64,000 bases of DNA, from the NCBI GenBank assembly GCA_051859245.1, contig JBHYGA010000005.1, positions 338,993-402,992 of the forward strand, read 5' to 3'. This DNA is from Gemmatimonadaceae bacterium (GTDB lineage: Bacteria; Gemmatimonadota; Gemmatimonadetes; Gemmatimonadales; Gemmatimonadaceae). This document shows positions 39,127 through 49,131 of the stretch, piece after piece (the stretch's first letter is position 1; each line of letters opens with the position of its first letter). Below the pieces are notes generated by a model. The model had not been told where the DNA came from and did no database searches. It was given only the letters and a program-made list of their open reading frames with translations. The translations under genes and the position numbers were made by a program.

Positions 39127-39543
39127 ATGCTGTTTCACGCCCTGCTGTTGCTCTCACTCTCGGGATTCGCCATGTCGCAGCGCTCGCTTCCGCCATGCCC
39201 GGATACACCGAACTGCGTGTCGACGGAGTCCACACGATCATCGCAGCGCATGGAGGCGGTGCCATTCCGGGACGATCCCGCGTCAGCGCTGGCGCGGGCT
39301 CGTGCGGCCCTGCTCGAAGAATCGCGCACCACGATTGTTGCGGAAGACGCGGGCTGGCTGAAGGCCGAAGCCAAGAGTTTTCTGTTTCGTTTTGTGGACG
39401 ACGTCGAGATTCTCGTGGATGCGTCGGCTCGAGTCTTCCGGTTTCGTTCCGCCTCACGCGTGGGAAAGAGTGACCTCGGCGTGAACCGCAAACGGATGCA
39501 ACGAATCAGCGAGCGGCTGCGGCAGGATTCGGGGTCCAGGTAA
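39127..39543 (+). CDS. DUF1499 family protein
   Basis: Signal peptide plus PPCPDTPNCVST motif typical of DUF1499. Confidence 0.55.
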   Translation: MLFHALLLLSLSGFAMSQRSLPPCPDTPNCVSTESTRSSQRMEAVPFRDDPASALARARAALLEESRTTIVAEDAGWLKAEAKSFLFRFVDDVEILVDASARVFRFRSASRVGKSDLGVNRKRMQRISERLRQDSGSR

Positions 39544-41701
39544 GCCCACCGTACCACTGGCGGCCGGTAAAGCCCGGCCAACCGGCGCCAAGCTGACGGT
39601 TCGCCACGTTGTCCACACCGATGGACAGATCAACACCGGCGCCAACGCTGCGGGCCGCGCGCAGATCAACTCGTGTAAACGCGGGTTGAGTGGACGTGAC
39701 CACACCACTCGCATCGCGCTGCAGCGGCGTGTCACCCGTGTAGAGCAGTGTGGCTGACACACGCGCCCCCAGCAGCTGGCCAGCTGACGCAGACATGCGA
39801 CCCGACCAACGCGGGCGTCCGAGCAATACGCGCGTGGTCAGCACGTCACGTGCATCAAGGTAGGCCACGCCGCTTTCCAGGCGCACTCGACCCGAGGTGA
39901 AACCACTCTCCAGTTCCACACCACGGGTCCGAGCAGACGCGACGTTTCCGTAGGTGTACACGCCCGCGGCTTCCGCCTCAACAAACTCAATGAAGTCGCT
40001 CAGTCGATTCTCGAATCCGCTGGCGCGCACATACGCACGATCGGCGGCGTACTCAACGTTCAACTGCGCGCTTGTGGACGTCTCGGGGCGGAGTAACTCA
40101 TTGCCACGCACCGCATATCCCGCCTGCGCGTTCGCGAACGACAAATACATCTCCTTGAAGTCCGGCGCACGAAACCCGCGGCCAACCGTGGCGCGCACGC
40201 TTAAAGCATTTACTGGCCGCCAGAGTGCAGCGACACGCGGCGTGGCGTAGTTGCCCCACTGCTCGTTCCACGTAAACCGTACGCCCGGAGTCACCGTGAG
40301 CGAACGACCGCCCAACGTGATCTGCGCGAACGGTTCTGCGGCGTTAAACGCGCGCCGCAACGAGTCGATTCGATCGGCCACAATCGTCTCGCGTCGCAGC
40401 TCGAGGCCAGCATCAACAATCGCGCCCGCCAGCGGCCCGCTCCATGTGAGCTCAAGCTCCGTCAGTTCCTGGCGATCACGCTCACCGGCATCACTCTGTG
40501 GCTGGTCGAGCGTGCTGGAACGCGCCAGGTGATCAAAGCGCGACCGATACACGAGGACGCCGGCACGGTGCGAGCCCTGCTGCCAATGCGCGCCCAATCG
40601 TGCGGATTGCTGATCGCGATCGGCAAATCGAAACAGCTGCCCGGTGCGATACCGCTGCTGTTCGCCAATGAGCAAGGCACTCGACTCGATGCGCCACGCA
40701 TCTGAGAGTTGCACACGCAGCTGCGGCGAGACTTCCTGTCGCTGCGCAAATGTTCCGACATCGCTGGCGACACCAGGCGCCAGCTGCAGTGAACGGATGC
40801 CCACGTCGACACCGCCACGCACACGATCGGTGCCGGAGAGCAGCGACCCGCTCAGATCCATGCGTCCGCGACTGCCGCCAATCATTTGCAGCGACGCATC
40901 CGTGCGATCGCCCGAGGCGCGTCGCGTGACAAGATTAATCACACCGCCCATCGCGTCCGAGCCATACAGCGTGGACTGCGGGCCCTTGATGACTTCAATG
41001 CGCTCGAGGTTCGCCGTTGGCAGACGAGACAGATCAAGATTGCCATTGATGCGTCCAACCAGCGGCTGTCCATCAAGCAGAATGAGCACGCGGTTGGTGC
41101 CCAGGCCTTGCAGTTGCACGCCCGCGCCCGCCGGCAGTCCGCCTTCGAGTTGCACGCCCAGCTGTTCCGTCAGCACACTCGCCACATCAGTGGCGCCGCT
41201 GCGTTCAATCTCCGCACGCGCAACAATCTCAATCGGGACCACGGCGTCTTTCAGTCGCTGCTCACGACGCGCCGCGGTGATGACCGTGGCGTCGAGTTGC
41301 AGCGCCAGCGGCGTCAGTGCAACTCGTGCGGCATTCTGGAGCGATGCGTGCGCACGCGCGCTGATCCGTGTGGTTGAGGGTGCAAAGCCGAGGCGTCGTA
41401 CCCGCAACACAGCGGTCGCGTCACCAGCCGGGCGAGTTCGCAGCGTGAAGGTGCCGTCACTGCCGCTGAGCGTCTGCACCGTGTCTGCCGATTCGCCGTA
41501 GGCAACGACTGCCACCACCAGGGCCTCGCTGACCGGCTGACCAGATCGCGCGTCGGTCACGACGCCGTGAACCACTGGCGAAGCGGCGCCTTGCGCGAAC
41601 AGCGTGTGCGGTGGCAGCAGGCTGAAAAGCAGTGCGGCAAGCGCCACGCTGACCCGGTGCGAGGCTGTATATGAACGACGGTGCGAAGCGCGAAACGGCA
41701 C
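39506..41701 (-). CDS. TonB-dependent outer-membrane receptor with N-terminal carboxypeptidase-regulatory-like domain
   Basis: GTG start. Signal peptide. CarbopepD_reg-like stretch (HGVVTDARSGQPVSEALVV...GTFTL). Plug region (IEVIKGPQSTLYGSDAMGGVINLVT). Large beta-barrel. Confidence 0.65.
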   Translation of the reverse strand: MPFRASHRRSYTASHRVSVALAALLFSLLPPHTLFAQGAASPVVHGVVTDARSGQPVSEALVVAVVAYGESADTVQTLSGSDGTFTLRTRPAGDATAVLRVRRLGFAPSTTRISARAHASLQNAARVALTPLALQLDATVITAARREQRLKDAVVPIEIVARAEIERSGATDVASVLTEQLGVQLEGGLPAGAGVQLQGLGTNRVLILLDGQPLVGRINGNLDLSRLPTANLERIEVIKGPQSTLYGSDAMGGVINLVTRRASGDRTDASLQMIGGSRGRMDLSGSLLSGTDRVRGGVDVGIRSLQLAPGVASDVGTFAQRQEVSPQLRVQLSDAWRIESSALLIGEQQRYRTGQLFRFADRDQQSARLGAHWQQGSHRAGVLVYRSRFDHLARSSTLDQPQSDAGERDRQELTELELTWSGPLAGAIVDAGLELRRETIVADRIDSLRRAFNAAEPFAQITLGGRSLTVTPGVRFTWNEQWGNYATPRVAALWRPVNALSVRATVGRGFRAPDFKEMYLSFANAQAGYAVRGNELLRPETSTSAQLNVEYAADRAYVRASGFENRLSDFIEFVEAEAAGVYTYGNVASARTRGVELESGFTSGRVRLESGVAYLDARDVLTTRVLLGRPRWSGRMSASAGQLLGARVSATLLYTGDTPLQRDASGVVTSTQPAFTRVDLRAARSVGAGVDLSIGVDNVANRQLGAGWPGFTGRQWYGGLTWTPNPAAAAR

Positions 41702-41910
41702 GGAGATGAACGAAGGAGGAAGTCGTCGGCGTCGCCTCGAAGGCGCCAGCCGATGTGTTGATAGAAAGACTCACCCGCGCGCGCCGCTGTACAACGTGCG
41801 AGAGATACGGGGGCACTCACTCCGAAACGGTACGCATCCGCGAATCGCGTACTATTACGGAGGCCTGGCTGTGGCGTATCTTTCCCCTCTACCTCCCACC
41901 TCCCTATCAG

Positions 41911-43527
41911 ATGCGCAATCGTCGCAGCTCCGTCGTGATCGCCAGTGCCGCAGCTGCCCGAACCGTTGCTGGGGCCGCGCTCATGGCGCTCGCCGTTGGC
42001 ACGAGTGGCGGACCGTTGGCCGCGCAGACGGCAGACTCGCTCGATGTACTGATCGTTGACGGACGCGTCATCGATGGCTCGGGTGGTCCGACGCGAAGCG
42101 TCGATGTGGGAGTGCGAGGCGACCGCATTGTGTTCCTTGGCTCGGCGCCGAGAACGGCGAGACTGACCGCACGTCGTTTGATCAACGCGCGTAGTCTGGT
42201 TGTGGCGCCCGGTTTCATTGATCCGCACGCGCACGTGTTGCTCGAGCTTGGTGATCGGAATCAGAGTGGACTGCCCGGCTATCTGCAGCAGGGCGTGACC
42301 ACGGTGATTACCGGTAACGACGGTGGCGGCCCTGAACGTGTGACTGAAACGCTGTCGCGGTGGGTGCAGAACGGACTCGGTCCGAACGCCGGCGTGCTCG
42401 TTGGACACGGCACCGTGCGCCAGCGTGTGTTGGGTATGCGAGACGCAGCGCCCGCCGCCGCGGAGCTCGACAGCATGCGCACGCTAGTTCGCACCGCGAT
42501 GCAAGGCGGCGCGCTCGGTCTGTCCTCGGGTCTGTATTACGCGCCCGGAAGTTTTGCCACGACAGACGAAGTCGTGGCGCTGGCGCGAGAAGTGGCGCCG
42601 TTCGGCGGTGTGTACGACACGCACATGCGCGATGAATCCAGCTACACGGTGGGATTGCTGGCGTCGCTGCGCGAAGCGTTGCGCGTGGGTCGCGAAGGAG
42701 GCGTGCCGTTACATGTGTCACACATCAAGGCGCTCGGCGTTGATGTCTGGGGCCGAAGCGACAGCATCGTGGCGATTGTTCGCGCCGCACGCGACGCCGG
42801 TCAAATGGTGACCGCCGATCAGTATCCGTATCTTGCGTCCGGCACCGGTCTCGGCGCCGCGATGTTACCGCGCTGGGCCGAAGCTGGCGGGCGCGATTCG
42901 TTGGTGCGGCGACTGACAGACAGTACGATCTTGCCCAGGCTTCGCGCCGAGATGACGGAGAACCTGCGCCGTCGTGGTGGCGCACAATCATTGTTGCTCA
43001 CATCAGCGCGTGATACCTCGCTCACCGGGCGCACGCTGGAAGCCATCGCCACGCAGGAAGGCACCGATGCGGTGTCCACCGCCATTCGGATTCTGCTCCG
43101 TGAATCGCCAAGCGTGGCCTCGTTCAACATGACGCAGGCCGACGTTGATGTGCTGGCGGTGGAACCCTGGGTGGTCACGGGCAGTGACGGATCTGGCGGA
43201 CATCCGCGCAAGTTCGGTGCGTTTCCCAAGGCGATGCGCGATTTTGTCATGGATCGCTCACTCATGACCATGGAAACGTTTGTTGCCAGGTCAAGCGCCA
43301 TGACGGCACGCATTTTTGGATTGGCCGACCGTGGCCTGATCGCCGAAGGGCAGTTCGCCGATCTGATCGTGTTCGATCCGGCCACCGTTCGTGATCGTTC
43401 GACCTATGTCGATCCGCAGTTGCCCGCGGAAGGCATGCGGTGGGTCTTGGTAAATGGACAGATCGTAATTGAGAACGGGGCACCCACGGCGGCTCGTCCT
43501 GGGCGCACATTGCGTCCGACGCGATGA
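41911..43527 (+). CDS. N-acyl-D-amino-acid deacylase (D-aminoacylase) family amidohydrolase
   Basis: FIDPHAHV metal site. GVTTVITGNDGGGP. HVSHIKALG. Signal peptide. Confidence 0.7.
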   Translation: MRNRRSSVVIASAAAARTVAGAALMALAVGTSGGPLAAQTADSLDVLIVDGRVIDGSGGPTRSVDVGVRGDRIVFLGSAPRTARLTARRLINARSLVVAPGFIDPHAHVLLELGDRNQSGLPGYLQQGVTTVITGNDGGGPERVTETLSRWVQNGLGPNAGVLVGHGTVRQRVLGMRDAAPAAAELDSMRTLVRTAMQGGALGLSSGLYYAPGSFATTDEVVALAREVAPFGGVYDTHMRDESSYTVGLLASLREALRVGREGGVPLHVSHIKALGVDVWGRSDSIVAIVRAARDAGQMVTADQYPYLASGTGLGAAMLPRWAEAGGRDSLVRRLTDSTILPRLRAEMTENLRRRGGAQSLLLTSARDTSLTGRTLEAIATQEGTDAVSTAIRILLRESPSVASFNMTQADVDVLAVEPWVVTGSDGSGGHPRKFGAFPKAMRDFVMDRSLMTMETFVARSSAMTARIFGLADRGLIAEGQFADLIVFDPATVRDRSTYVDPQLPAEGMRWVLVNGQIVIENGAPTAARPGRTLRPTR

Positions 43528-43590
43528 CCGCTAGCGCGTGCGGTGCACACGGCGCAGGTTACGCGAATGTTGACGCCTGCCACTGAGTAA

Positions 43591-44091
43591 ATGATCACCA
43601 TCCGCACCGCGACTCCGGCGGACGTGCCACTGATCCTGCGATTTATTCGCGGCCTGGCCGAGTACGAGCGACTCGCGCACGAGTGCGTCGCGACGGAAGC
43701 GTCGCTTGAGCGCACACTGTTTTCCGACAAACCATCGGCTGAAGTGATTCTGGCCTTTGTGGGTAACGCACCAGCCGGATTTGCACTGTTCTTTCACAAC
43801 TACAGCACGTTTCTGGCGCAGCCCGGATTGTATCTGGAGGATCTCTTCGTCGATCCGGCGTTTCGCGGTAACGGCGTGGGGCGTGCGCTGCTGGCGCGTC
43901 TCGCAATGATTGCCGAGGCGCGGGACTGTGGTCGCTTTGAGTGGTCAGTGCTCGACTGGAACACCGACGCGATACGTTTCTACGAGAAGCTTGGTGCGCG
44001 TGGCATGACAGATTGGACTGTGCATCGCGTTACGGGAGACGCGCTGCGTCAACTTGCGGCTGAGGGACGGGCAAATGTCGGATCCACGTGA
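43591..44091 (+). CDS. GNAT family N-acetyltransferase
   Basis: FRGNGVGRALLARL acetyl-CoA binding motif. Confidence 0.7.
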   Translation: MITIRTATPADVPLILRFIRGLAEYERLAHECVATEASLERTLFSDKPSAEVILAFVGNAPAGFALFFHNYSTFLAQPGLYLEDLFVDPAFRGNGVGRALLARLAMIAEARDCGRFEWSVLDWNTDAIRFYEKLGARGMTDWTVHRVTGDALRQLAAEGRANVGST

Positions 44092-44962
44092 AACGTCGAC
44101 GCTTTCGCGTCGTGAACTGCTCGCTTTGTTCGCCGCGGCAAGTGCCGGCGCGATTGCACTGCCACGCGTGGTATCGGCGCTCGAGCGCCGCGCCGATACG
44201 CTCGCGGGCGTGCGCGCCAGACCACCGATTGGCTTGCAACTGTATACGGTGCGCACGCTCATGCAGCGGGATTTGCCGGGTACAATTGCGGCACTCGCAG
44301 CGGCGGGTGTTCGCGACGTGGAGTTTGCGGGCTACTTCAACCGGTCGCCGCAGGATCTCCGGGCTCTGCTCACGCAACATGGCATGTCCGCGCCTGCTGC
44401 GCACGTCCCGATTCCGAACAGCGCAGCTGGCTGGACACCGGTGTTCGATGCGGCCGAAGCGTTGGGGCACAAGTGGCTGGTGATCCCATGGGTTGGCAAT
44501 GATGTGCGCGCGTCGCTTGATGGCTGGCGAAAGCTTGCCGAGCAGCTCAATCAAGCGGCCGTAAAGGCTGCGCCGCGCGGCATTCGCATGGCGTATCACA
44601 ATCACGATTTCGAGTTTGCAACGACCGAAGGTCGCGTGGCTTACGACGTCTTTGTGGAGCGACTTGACGCGAAGCTGGTGGATCTCGAACTCGATCTGTA
44701 TTGGGCGGTGAAAGCCGGTCAGGATCCGGCGGCGATGTTTGCAAAAATGCCGGGACGCTTTCCGCTTTGGCACGTGAAGGATGCCGGTCCGCCACCGGAA
44801 CGCGCGATGCTTGATGTTGGTGCAGGCACCATCAACTTCGCCGCGCTCTTTGCGATGAGCGAAAAATCCGGGCTCAAGCACGCGTTCATTGAACACGACA
44901 ACCCGAAGGATGCGTTGGCCAGCGTGCAGGCCAGCGCGGCCGCGTTGAAAAAGATACCGTAG
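44075..44962 (+). CDS. Sugar phosphate isomerase/epimerase (xylose-isomerase-like TIM barrel), TAT-exported
   Basis: SRRELLALFAAASAGAIALP TAT motif. TIM-barrel hallmarks (MAYHNHDFEF, LWHVKD). Confidence 0.6.
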   Translation: MSDPRETSTLSRRELLALFAAASAGAIALPRVVSALERRADTLAGVRARPPIGLQLYTVRTLMQRDLPGTIAALAAAGVRDVEFAGYFNRSPQDLRALLTQHGMSAPAAHVPIPNSAAGWTPVFDAAEALGHKWLVIPWVGNDVRASLDGWRKLAEQLNQAAVKAAPRGIRMAYHNHDFEFATTEGRVAYDVFVERLDAKLVDLELDLYWAVKAGQDPAAMFAKMPGRFPLWHVKDAGPPPERAMLDVGAGTINFAALFAMSEKSGLKHAFIEHDNPKDALASVQASAAALKKIP

Positions 44963-45048
44963 CACGCACGGTCTGCAGCGAACCCTCCTCGTCTCCCTCC
45001 TTTGTCACTTCGTCCGGCGCACTGCCGCGACGACCAGCGAATGACTGC

Positions 45049-46743
45049 ATGCAAGTAGCGCAACCTCGCACGACATACGATGTCGCCATTGTTGGTTCCG
45101 GTGCCGGCGGCGCGACCGCGGCGTACATGCTGACCAAAGCCGGCGCGAACGTGATCGTGCTCGAAGCAGGACCGTGGTGGGACAACACCAAGGATTCTGC
45201 GATGCTCAAAATGCCGTACGATTCGCCGCGTCGCGGACGCGCCACCACGGAGCGGCCGTTCGGCGAATGGGACGCGTGTCTCGGCGGCTGGGAAGTGGAT
45301 GGTGAACCGTACACTGTGGCGCAGGGATCGCAGTTCCGCTGGTGGCGCGCGCGCATGCTTGGAGGCCGCACGAATCACTGGGGACGCATTTCGCTGCGAT
45401 TTGGTCCGGATGACTTCAAGCGCAAATCGATTGACGGGCTCGGCGACGACTGGCCCATCAGCTACAACGATCTGGCGCCGTGGTACGACGAAGTCGACAA
45501 GTTGATTGGCATCTTCGGGAGTCGTGAAGGATTGCCCAATCATCCGGATGGAATTTTTCACGACGCACCCGCACCGCGGTGTTACGAGCGTAAGGTGATG
45601 GAGGCGTCGAAGAAACAGGGTGTCACCTGCATTCCGGCGCGTCTGTCGATCATTACCAAGCCGCTCAATGATCGCGCGCCGTGCCACTACTGCGGTCAGT
45701 GTAATCGTGGCTGCATGACGAACTCCAATTTCTCGGCGCCAAACGTGTTGCTCTTTCCGGCGCAGAAAACCGGCCGGCTTGACATCATTACCAACGCGAT
45801 GGCGCGCGCGGTCAGTGTTGGTGACGATGGACTCGCGAATGGCGTGAGCTACATCAACAAGGCTACCGGCCTCGATGAGCATGTGAGCGCAAAGATCGTG
45901 GTGCTCGCCGCATCAAGCTGCGAGAGCTCGCGCATTTTGCTGAACTCAAAGTCATCGCATCATCCGCAGGGCATCGCCAACCAGAGTGGTGTGGTGGGCA
46001 AGTATCTGACCGATACCACGGGCACCGATGTGGCGGGTTTTGTGCCGTCCATGGCAAATGCGCCGTCGCACAACTGCGATGGTGTTGGTGGTGGACACAT
46101 CTACATGCCGTGGTGGCTCGACAACAAGAAGCTGGACTTCCCACGCGGATATCACATTGAAGTGTGGGGCGGGCGGGGCACGCCAAGCTACGGATTCATG
46201 GGTGGCATTCAATCGTATCCCGACGGTGGTGGCTATGGTGCGGCGCTCAAGGACAGCTACCGCAAGTACTGGGGCACCACGATTGGTTTCTCGGGACGTG
46301 GCGAGATGGTGCCCAACGCCGATTCGTACTGCGAGCTTGATCCGACCGTCACGGACCAGTACGGAATTCCCGTGTTGCGTTTCAACTTCAAGTGGACGGA
46401 CTACGAGTACAATCAGGTCAAGCACATGCAGGAAACGTTCCGGTCGTTGATTGCCGAAATGGGTGGTGAAGTGTTTTCTCGAATGCCCACGCGTGAACAG
46501 GGATACGGCATTGCGACCGGTGGCGCGATCATTCACGAACTCGGCACCGTGCGCATGGGGTCAAGCGCGAGCAACTCTGCACTCAACTCGCAGTGTCAGG
46601 CGTGGGATTGCAAAAACGTGTTTGTGGCGGACGGCGGCCCGTTTGTGAGTCAGGCCGACAAGAATCCCACGTGGACGATCATGGCGCTCGCCATGCGAAC
46701 CAGTCAGTACATCATGGATCAACGCAAAGCGGGGGCGCTCTGA
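45049..46743 (+). CDS. GMC-family FAD oxidoreductase
   Basis: YDVAIVGSGAGGATAAYMLTKAG FAD motif. C-terminal GMC active-site region (HELGTVRMG). Confidence 0.75.
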   Translation: MQVAQPRTTYDVAIVGSGAGGATAAYMLTKAGANVIVLEAGPWWDNTKDSAMLKMPYDSPRRGRATTERPFGEWDACLGGWEVDGEPYTVAQGSQFRWWRARMLGGRTNHWGRISLRFGPDDFKRKSIDGLGDDWPISYNDLAPWYDEVDKLIGIFGSREGLPNHPDGIFHDAPAPRCYERKVMEASKKQGVTCIPARLSIITKPLNDRAPCHYCGQCNRGCMTNSNFSAPNVLLFPAQKTGRLDIITNAMARAVSVGDDGLANGVSYINKATGLDEHVSAKIVVLAASSCESSRILLNSKSSHHPQGIANQSGVVGKYLTDTTGTDVAGFVPSMANAPSHNCDGVGGGHIYMPWWLDNKKLDFPRGYHIEVWGGRGTPSYGFMGGIQSYPDGGGYGAALKDSYRKYWGTTIGFSGRGEMVPNADSYCELDPTVTDQYGIPVLRFNFKWTDYEYNQVKHMQETFRSLIAEMGGEVFSRMPTREQGYGIATGGAIIHELGTVRMGSSASNSALNSQCQAWDCKNVFVADGGPFVSQADKNPTWTIMALAMRTSQYIMDQRKAGAL

Positions 46744-47330
46744 TGGAACGGCGCGATATGCTCAAGCTGATGGCCACGTTACCACTGAGTACGTGGTCAC
46801 TCGCATCCGATGATGTCAGCGCGGCTGCTGATCGAACGGCCGAGATTTTTCTGGCGGATCAACCGGAACCGTTCAAGCCCGCGTTCTTTAACGCGCTTGA
46901 GTGGCGCACCGTGCGAACGCTCGTGGACATTGTGATTCCACGCGATGATCGATCGGGCAGTGCAACCGACGCCGGCGTACCGGAGTTCATGGATTTCATC
47001 ATGGTGGAGTACACCGGCAATCGCGCGCGCATGCGCAGCGGACTGGGCTGGTTGAACGCCGAATCCCGCGCGCGCCACGGCAAGCCGTTTCCTGACATCA
47101 CAACGGCAGAACAAACGGCCATTGTTGAAGACATTGCGTGGCCACGTCGTGCAAAGCCGGAACACGCCGCGGGTGTGCAGTTCTTTAACGCATTCCGCGA
47201 TCTCACCGCCACGGGATTCTTCACGAGCCTTGTTGGTATTCGCGATCTTGGATATCAGGGCAACATGCCGCTCGGCGCGTGGACGGGCTGCCCACCGGAA
47301 GTGCTGGCCCACATTGGAGTGAACCCATGA
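46743..47330 (+). CDS. Gluconate 2-dehydrogenase subunit 3 family protein (TAT signal)
   Basis: MERRDMLKLMATLP TAT-like signal. Family typically paired with GMC dehydrogenases. Start overlaps the upstream stop (TGATG). Confidence 0.6.
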   Translation: MERRDMLKLMATLPLSTWSLASDDVSAAADRTAEIFLADQPEPFKPAFFNALEWRTVRTLVDIVIPRDDRSGSATDAGVPEFMDFIMVEYTGNRARMRSGLGWLNAESRARHGKPFPDITTAEQTAIVEDIAWPRRAKPEHAAGVQFFNAFRDLTATGFFTSLVGIRDLGYQGNMPLGAWTGCPPEVLAHIGVNP

Positions 47331-48559
47331 GTGATCGGCTCGGCATTGGCTTTATCGGATCGGGATTCAACACGCGATTCCACATGCAGGCATTCCGCGG
47401 CGTGCGCGATGCCGATGTGTTGGGTGTCTGGAGTCCGAACCCAAAGAACGCTGCGTCAGCTGCGAAGTTTGCCCGCGAGCTGGATGTTGGCGAGTGCCGC
47501 GCGTACAAGAGTATCACGGCGATGGTGGCCGATCCCGCGATTGACGCCATCTGGCTGAACGGCCCGAACCACGCGCGTATCGAGAACGTCGCCGAAATCG
47601 TGGAGGCAGTGCGCAGCGGGAAGGGCACGCTTCGCGGGATCGCGTGTGAAAAGCCACTCGGTCGTACCGTGGCCGAAGCCAAACAGTTGCTCAAGATGGT
47701 GGAGTCGGTTGGCATCAAACATGGTTATCTCGAGAATCAACTGTTTGCGCCGCAGGTGGTTCGTGGACATGAACTGCTGTGGAAGCGGGGGGCCGCCACC
47801 ACGGGCCGTCCGTATCTTGCGCGCGCGGCCGAAGAACACAGCGGTCCGCACATGCCGTGGTTCTGGAACGGAGCGATGCAGGGCGGCGGCGTACTGAATG
47901 ACATGATGTGTCACTCGGTGTTGGTGGTGCGTCATCTGCTCACGGCGCCGGGTGAGCCGTTGGCCACGCTCGTACCGCGTCGCATTACCGGGCACATTGC
48001 GTCGCTCAAGTGGACGCGGCCGGCGTACGCGAAAGAGCTCAAGAAAACGATGGGCGTGGATTACACCAAAACGCCGTCGGAAGACTTCGCGAGTGTCATG
48101 ATTGAGTTTGAAGGACCGGATGGTCGCACCGTGATTGGTGAAGCGACCACGAGCTGGAGTTTTGTTGGACCAGGTTTGCGTCTGTCAGCTGAGCTGCTTG
48201 GACCCGAGTACTCCATGCGTTGGAACTCACTGGAGTCGGGGCTCGATCTGTTTTTCTCTCGCGCGGTGTCAGGCAAGGCCGGCGAAGATCTGGTCGAAAA
48301 GCAGAACGCAGAAGTCGGGCAGATGCCCGTCGTGGCGGACGAAGCGGTGGCCTACGGTTACGAGGCCGAAGACCGACACTTCGTGCGCGCGTTCCTTGGC
48401 AAGGAAGCGCCCAAGCTCACGTGGCACGACGGCCTTGAAGTGGTGCGACTGCTGATGGTCGCGTACCAAAGCGCCGAACAGGGAAAGACACTCACGTTCC
48501 CTTCGCGCGGGCTCGACAGTTTCGTGCCGGCCGTCGCGCGAGGGACGTGGAAGCCGTAG
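47327..48559 (+). CDS. Gfo/Idh/MocA family oxidoreductase
   Basis: LGIGFIGSGFNTRFHMQAF Rossmann N-terminus. EKPLGRTVAEAKQLL. Start overlaps the upstream stop (ATGA). Confidence 0.7.
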   Translation: MSDRLGIGFIGSGFNTRFHMQAFRGVRDADVLGVWSPNPKNAASAAKFARELDVGECRAYKSITAMVADPAIDAIWLNGPNHARIENVAEIVEAVRSGKGTLRGIACEKPLGRTVAEAKQLLKMVESVGIKHGYLENQLFAPQVVRGHELLWKRGAATTGRPYLARAAEEHSGPHMPWFWNGAMQGGGVLNDMMCHSVLVVRHLLTAPGEPLATLVPRRITGHIASLKWTRPAYAKELKKTMGVDYTKTPSEDFASVMIEFEGPDGRTVIGEATTSWSFVGPGLRLSAELLGPEYSMRWNSLESGLDLFFSRAVSGKAGEDLVEKQNAEVGQMPVVADEAVAYGYEAEDRHFVRAFLGKEAPKLTWHDGLEVVRLLMVAYQSAEQGKTLTFPSRGLDSFVPAVARGTWKP

Positions 48560-48568
48560 CGGCGAGCG

Positions 48569-48775
48569 TTAGCGTTTGGGCACCGGGCACGTGTTGATAC
48601 CAAGCAACGAATACAGCGGACACGTGCCCGCAAGTCCCGTGAGCAGCGGCACTATGCCGAGCAGCCCCCACATGGTTTTCGGTCCTGTGAAGTAGAGCGA
48701 AAGAAGACCGATACCCAGCGCAACACGCACCACGCGCTCAATGGGGTGCTCGTTCATGCCGAAAAAGTTTGCCAT
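48569..48775 (-). CDS. DUF2892 (YgaP-like) small membrane protein
   Basis: ERVVRVALGIGLLSLYF...GLLGIVPLLTGLAGTCPLYSLLGINTC. Confidence 0.5.
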   Translation of the reverse strand: MANFFGMNEHPIERVVRVALGIGLLSLYFTGPKTMWGLLGIVPLLTGLAGTCPLYSLLGINTCPVPKR

Positions 48776-48846
48776 GGTCGGGTCCCTTGGAGGAGTGAGT
48801 CTGTTTCGCCTGCTGCCCAACGGATGCACGGAGCAGGCGAAAGGAT

Positions 48847-49131
48847 TCACCCGTGTTTGGGATCGGTGGCAATCGCGCCGGCCACGCGCGCACGAAGTTG
48901 CGCTAGGGCGTCGTCTCCCAGCGGTGGAGTGGTTGCGGCGTGACCCTCGCGCAGCGCCGTCAGCACGGTCGCCACGTCTGCACCAAAGCGGGCGCACGTT
49001 TCACATTCGGCCAGATGCGCTTTCACCGCGTTCACACGCGCGTCGGACAGCAGACCGTCGAGAAAATCAGAAAGGTCCGCGAGCACATCTCGGCAACGTA
49101 GCCCGGCGATCACACGATCCAGATCAGGCAT
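48847..49131 (-). CDS. Anti-sigma factor, zf-HC2 (ChrR-like) zinc-binding, soluble
   Basis: CRDVLADLSDFLDGLL...HLAECETCA (HxxxCxxC). Overlaps the sigma-factor stop by 8 nt. Confidence 0.55.
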   Translation of the reverse strand: MPDLDRVIAGLRCRDVLADLSDFLDGLLSDARVNAVKAHLAECETCARFGADVATVLTALREGHAATTPPLGDDALAQLRARVAGAIATDPKHG

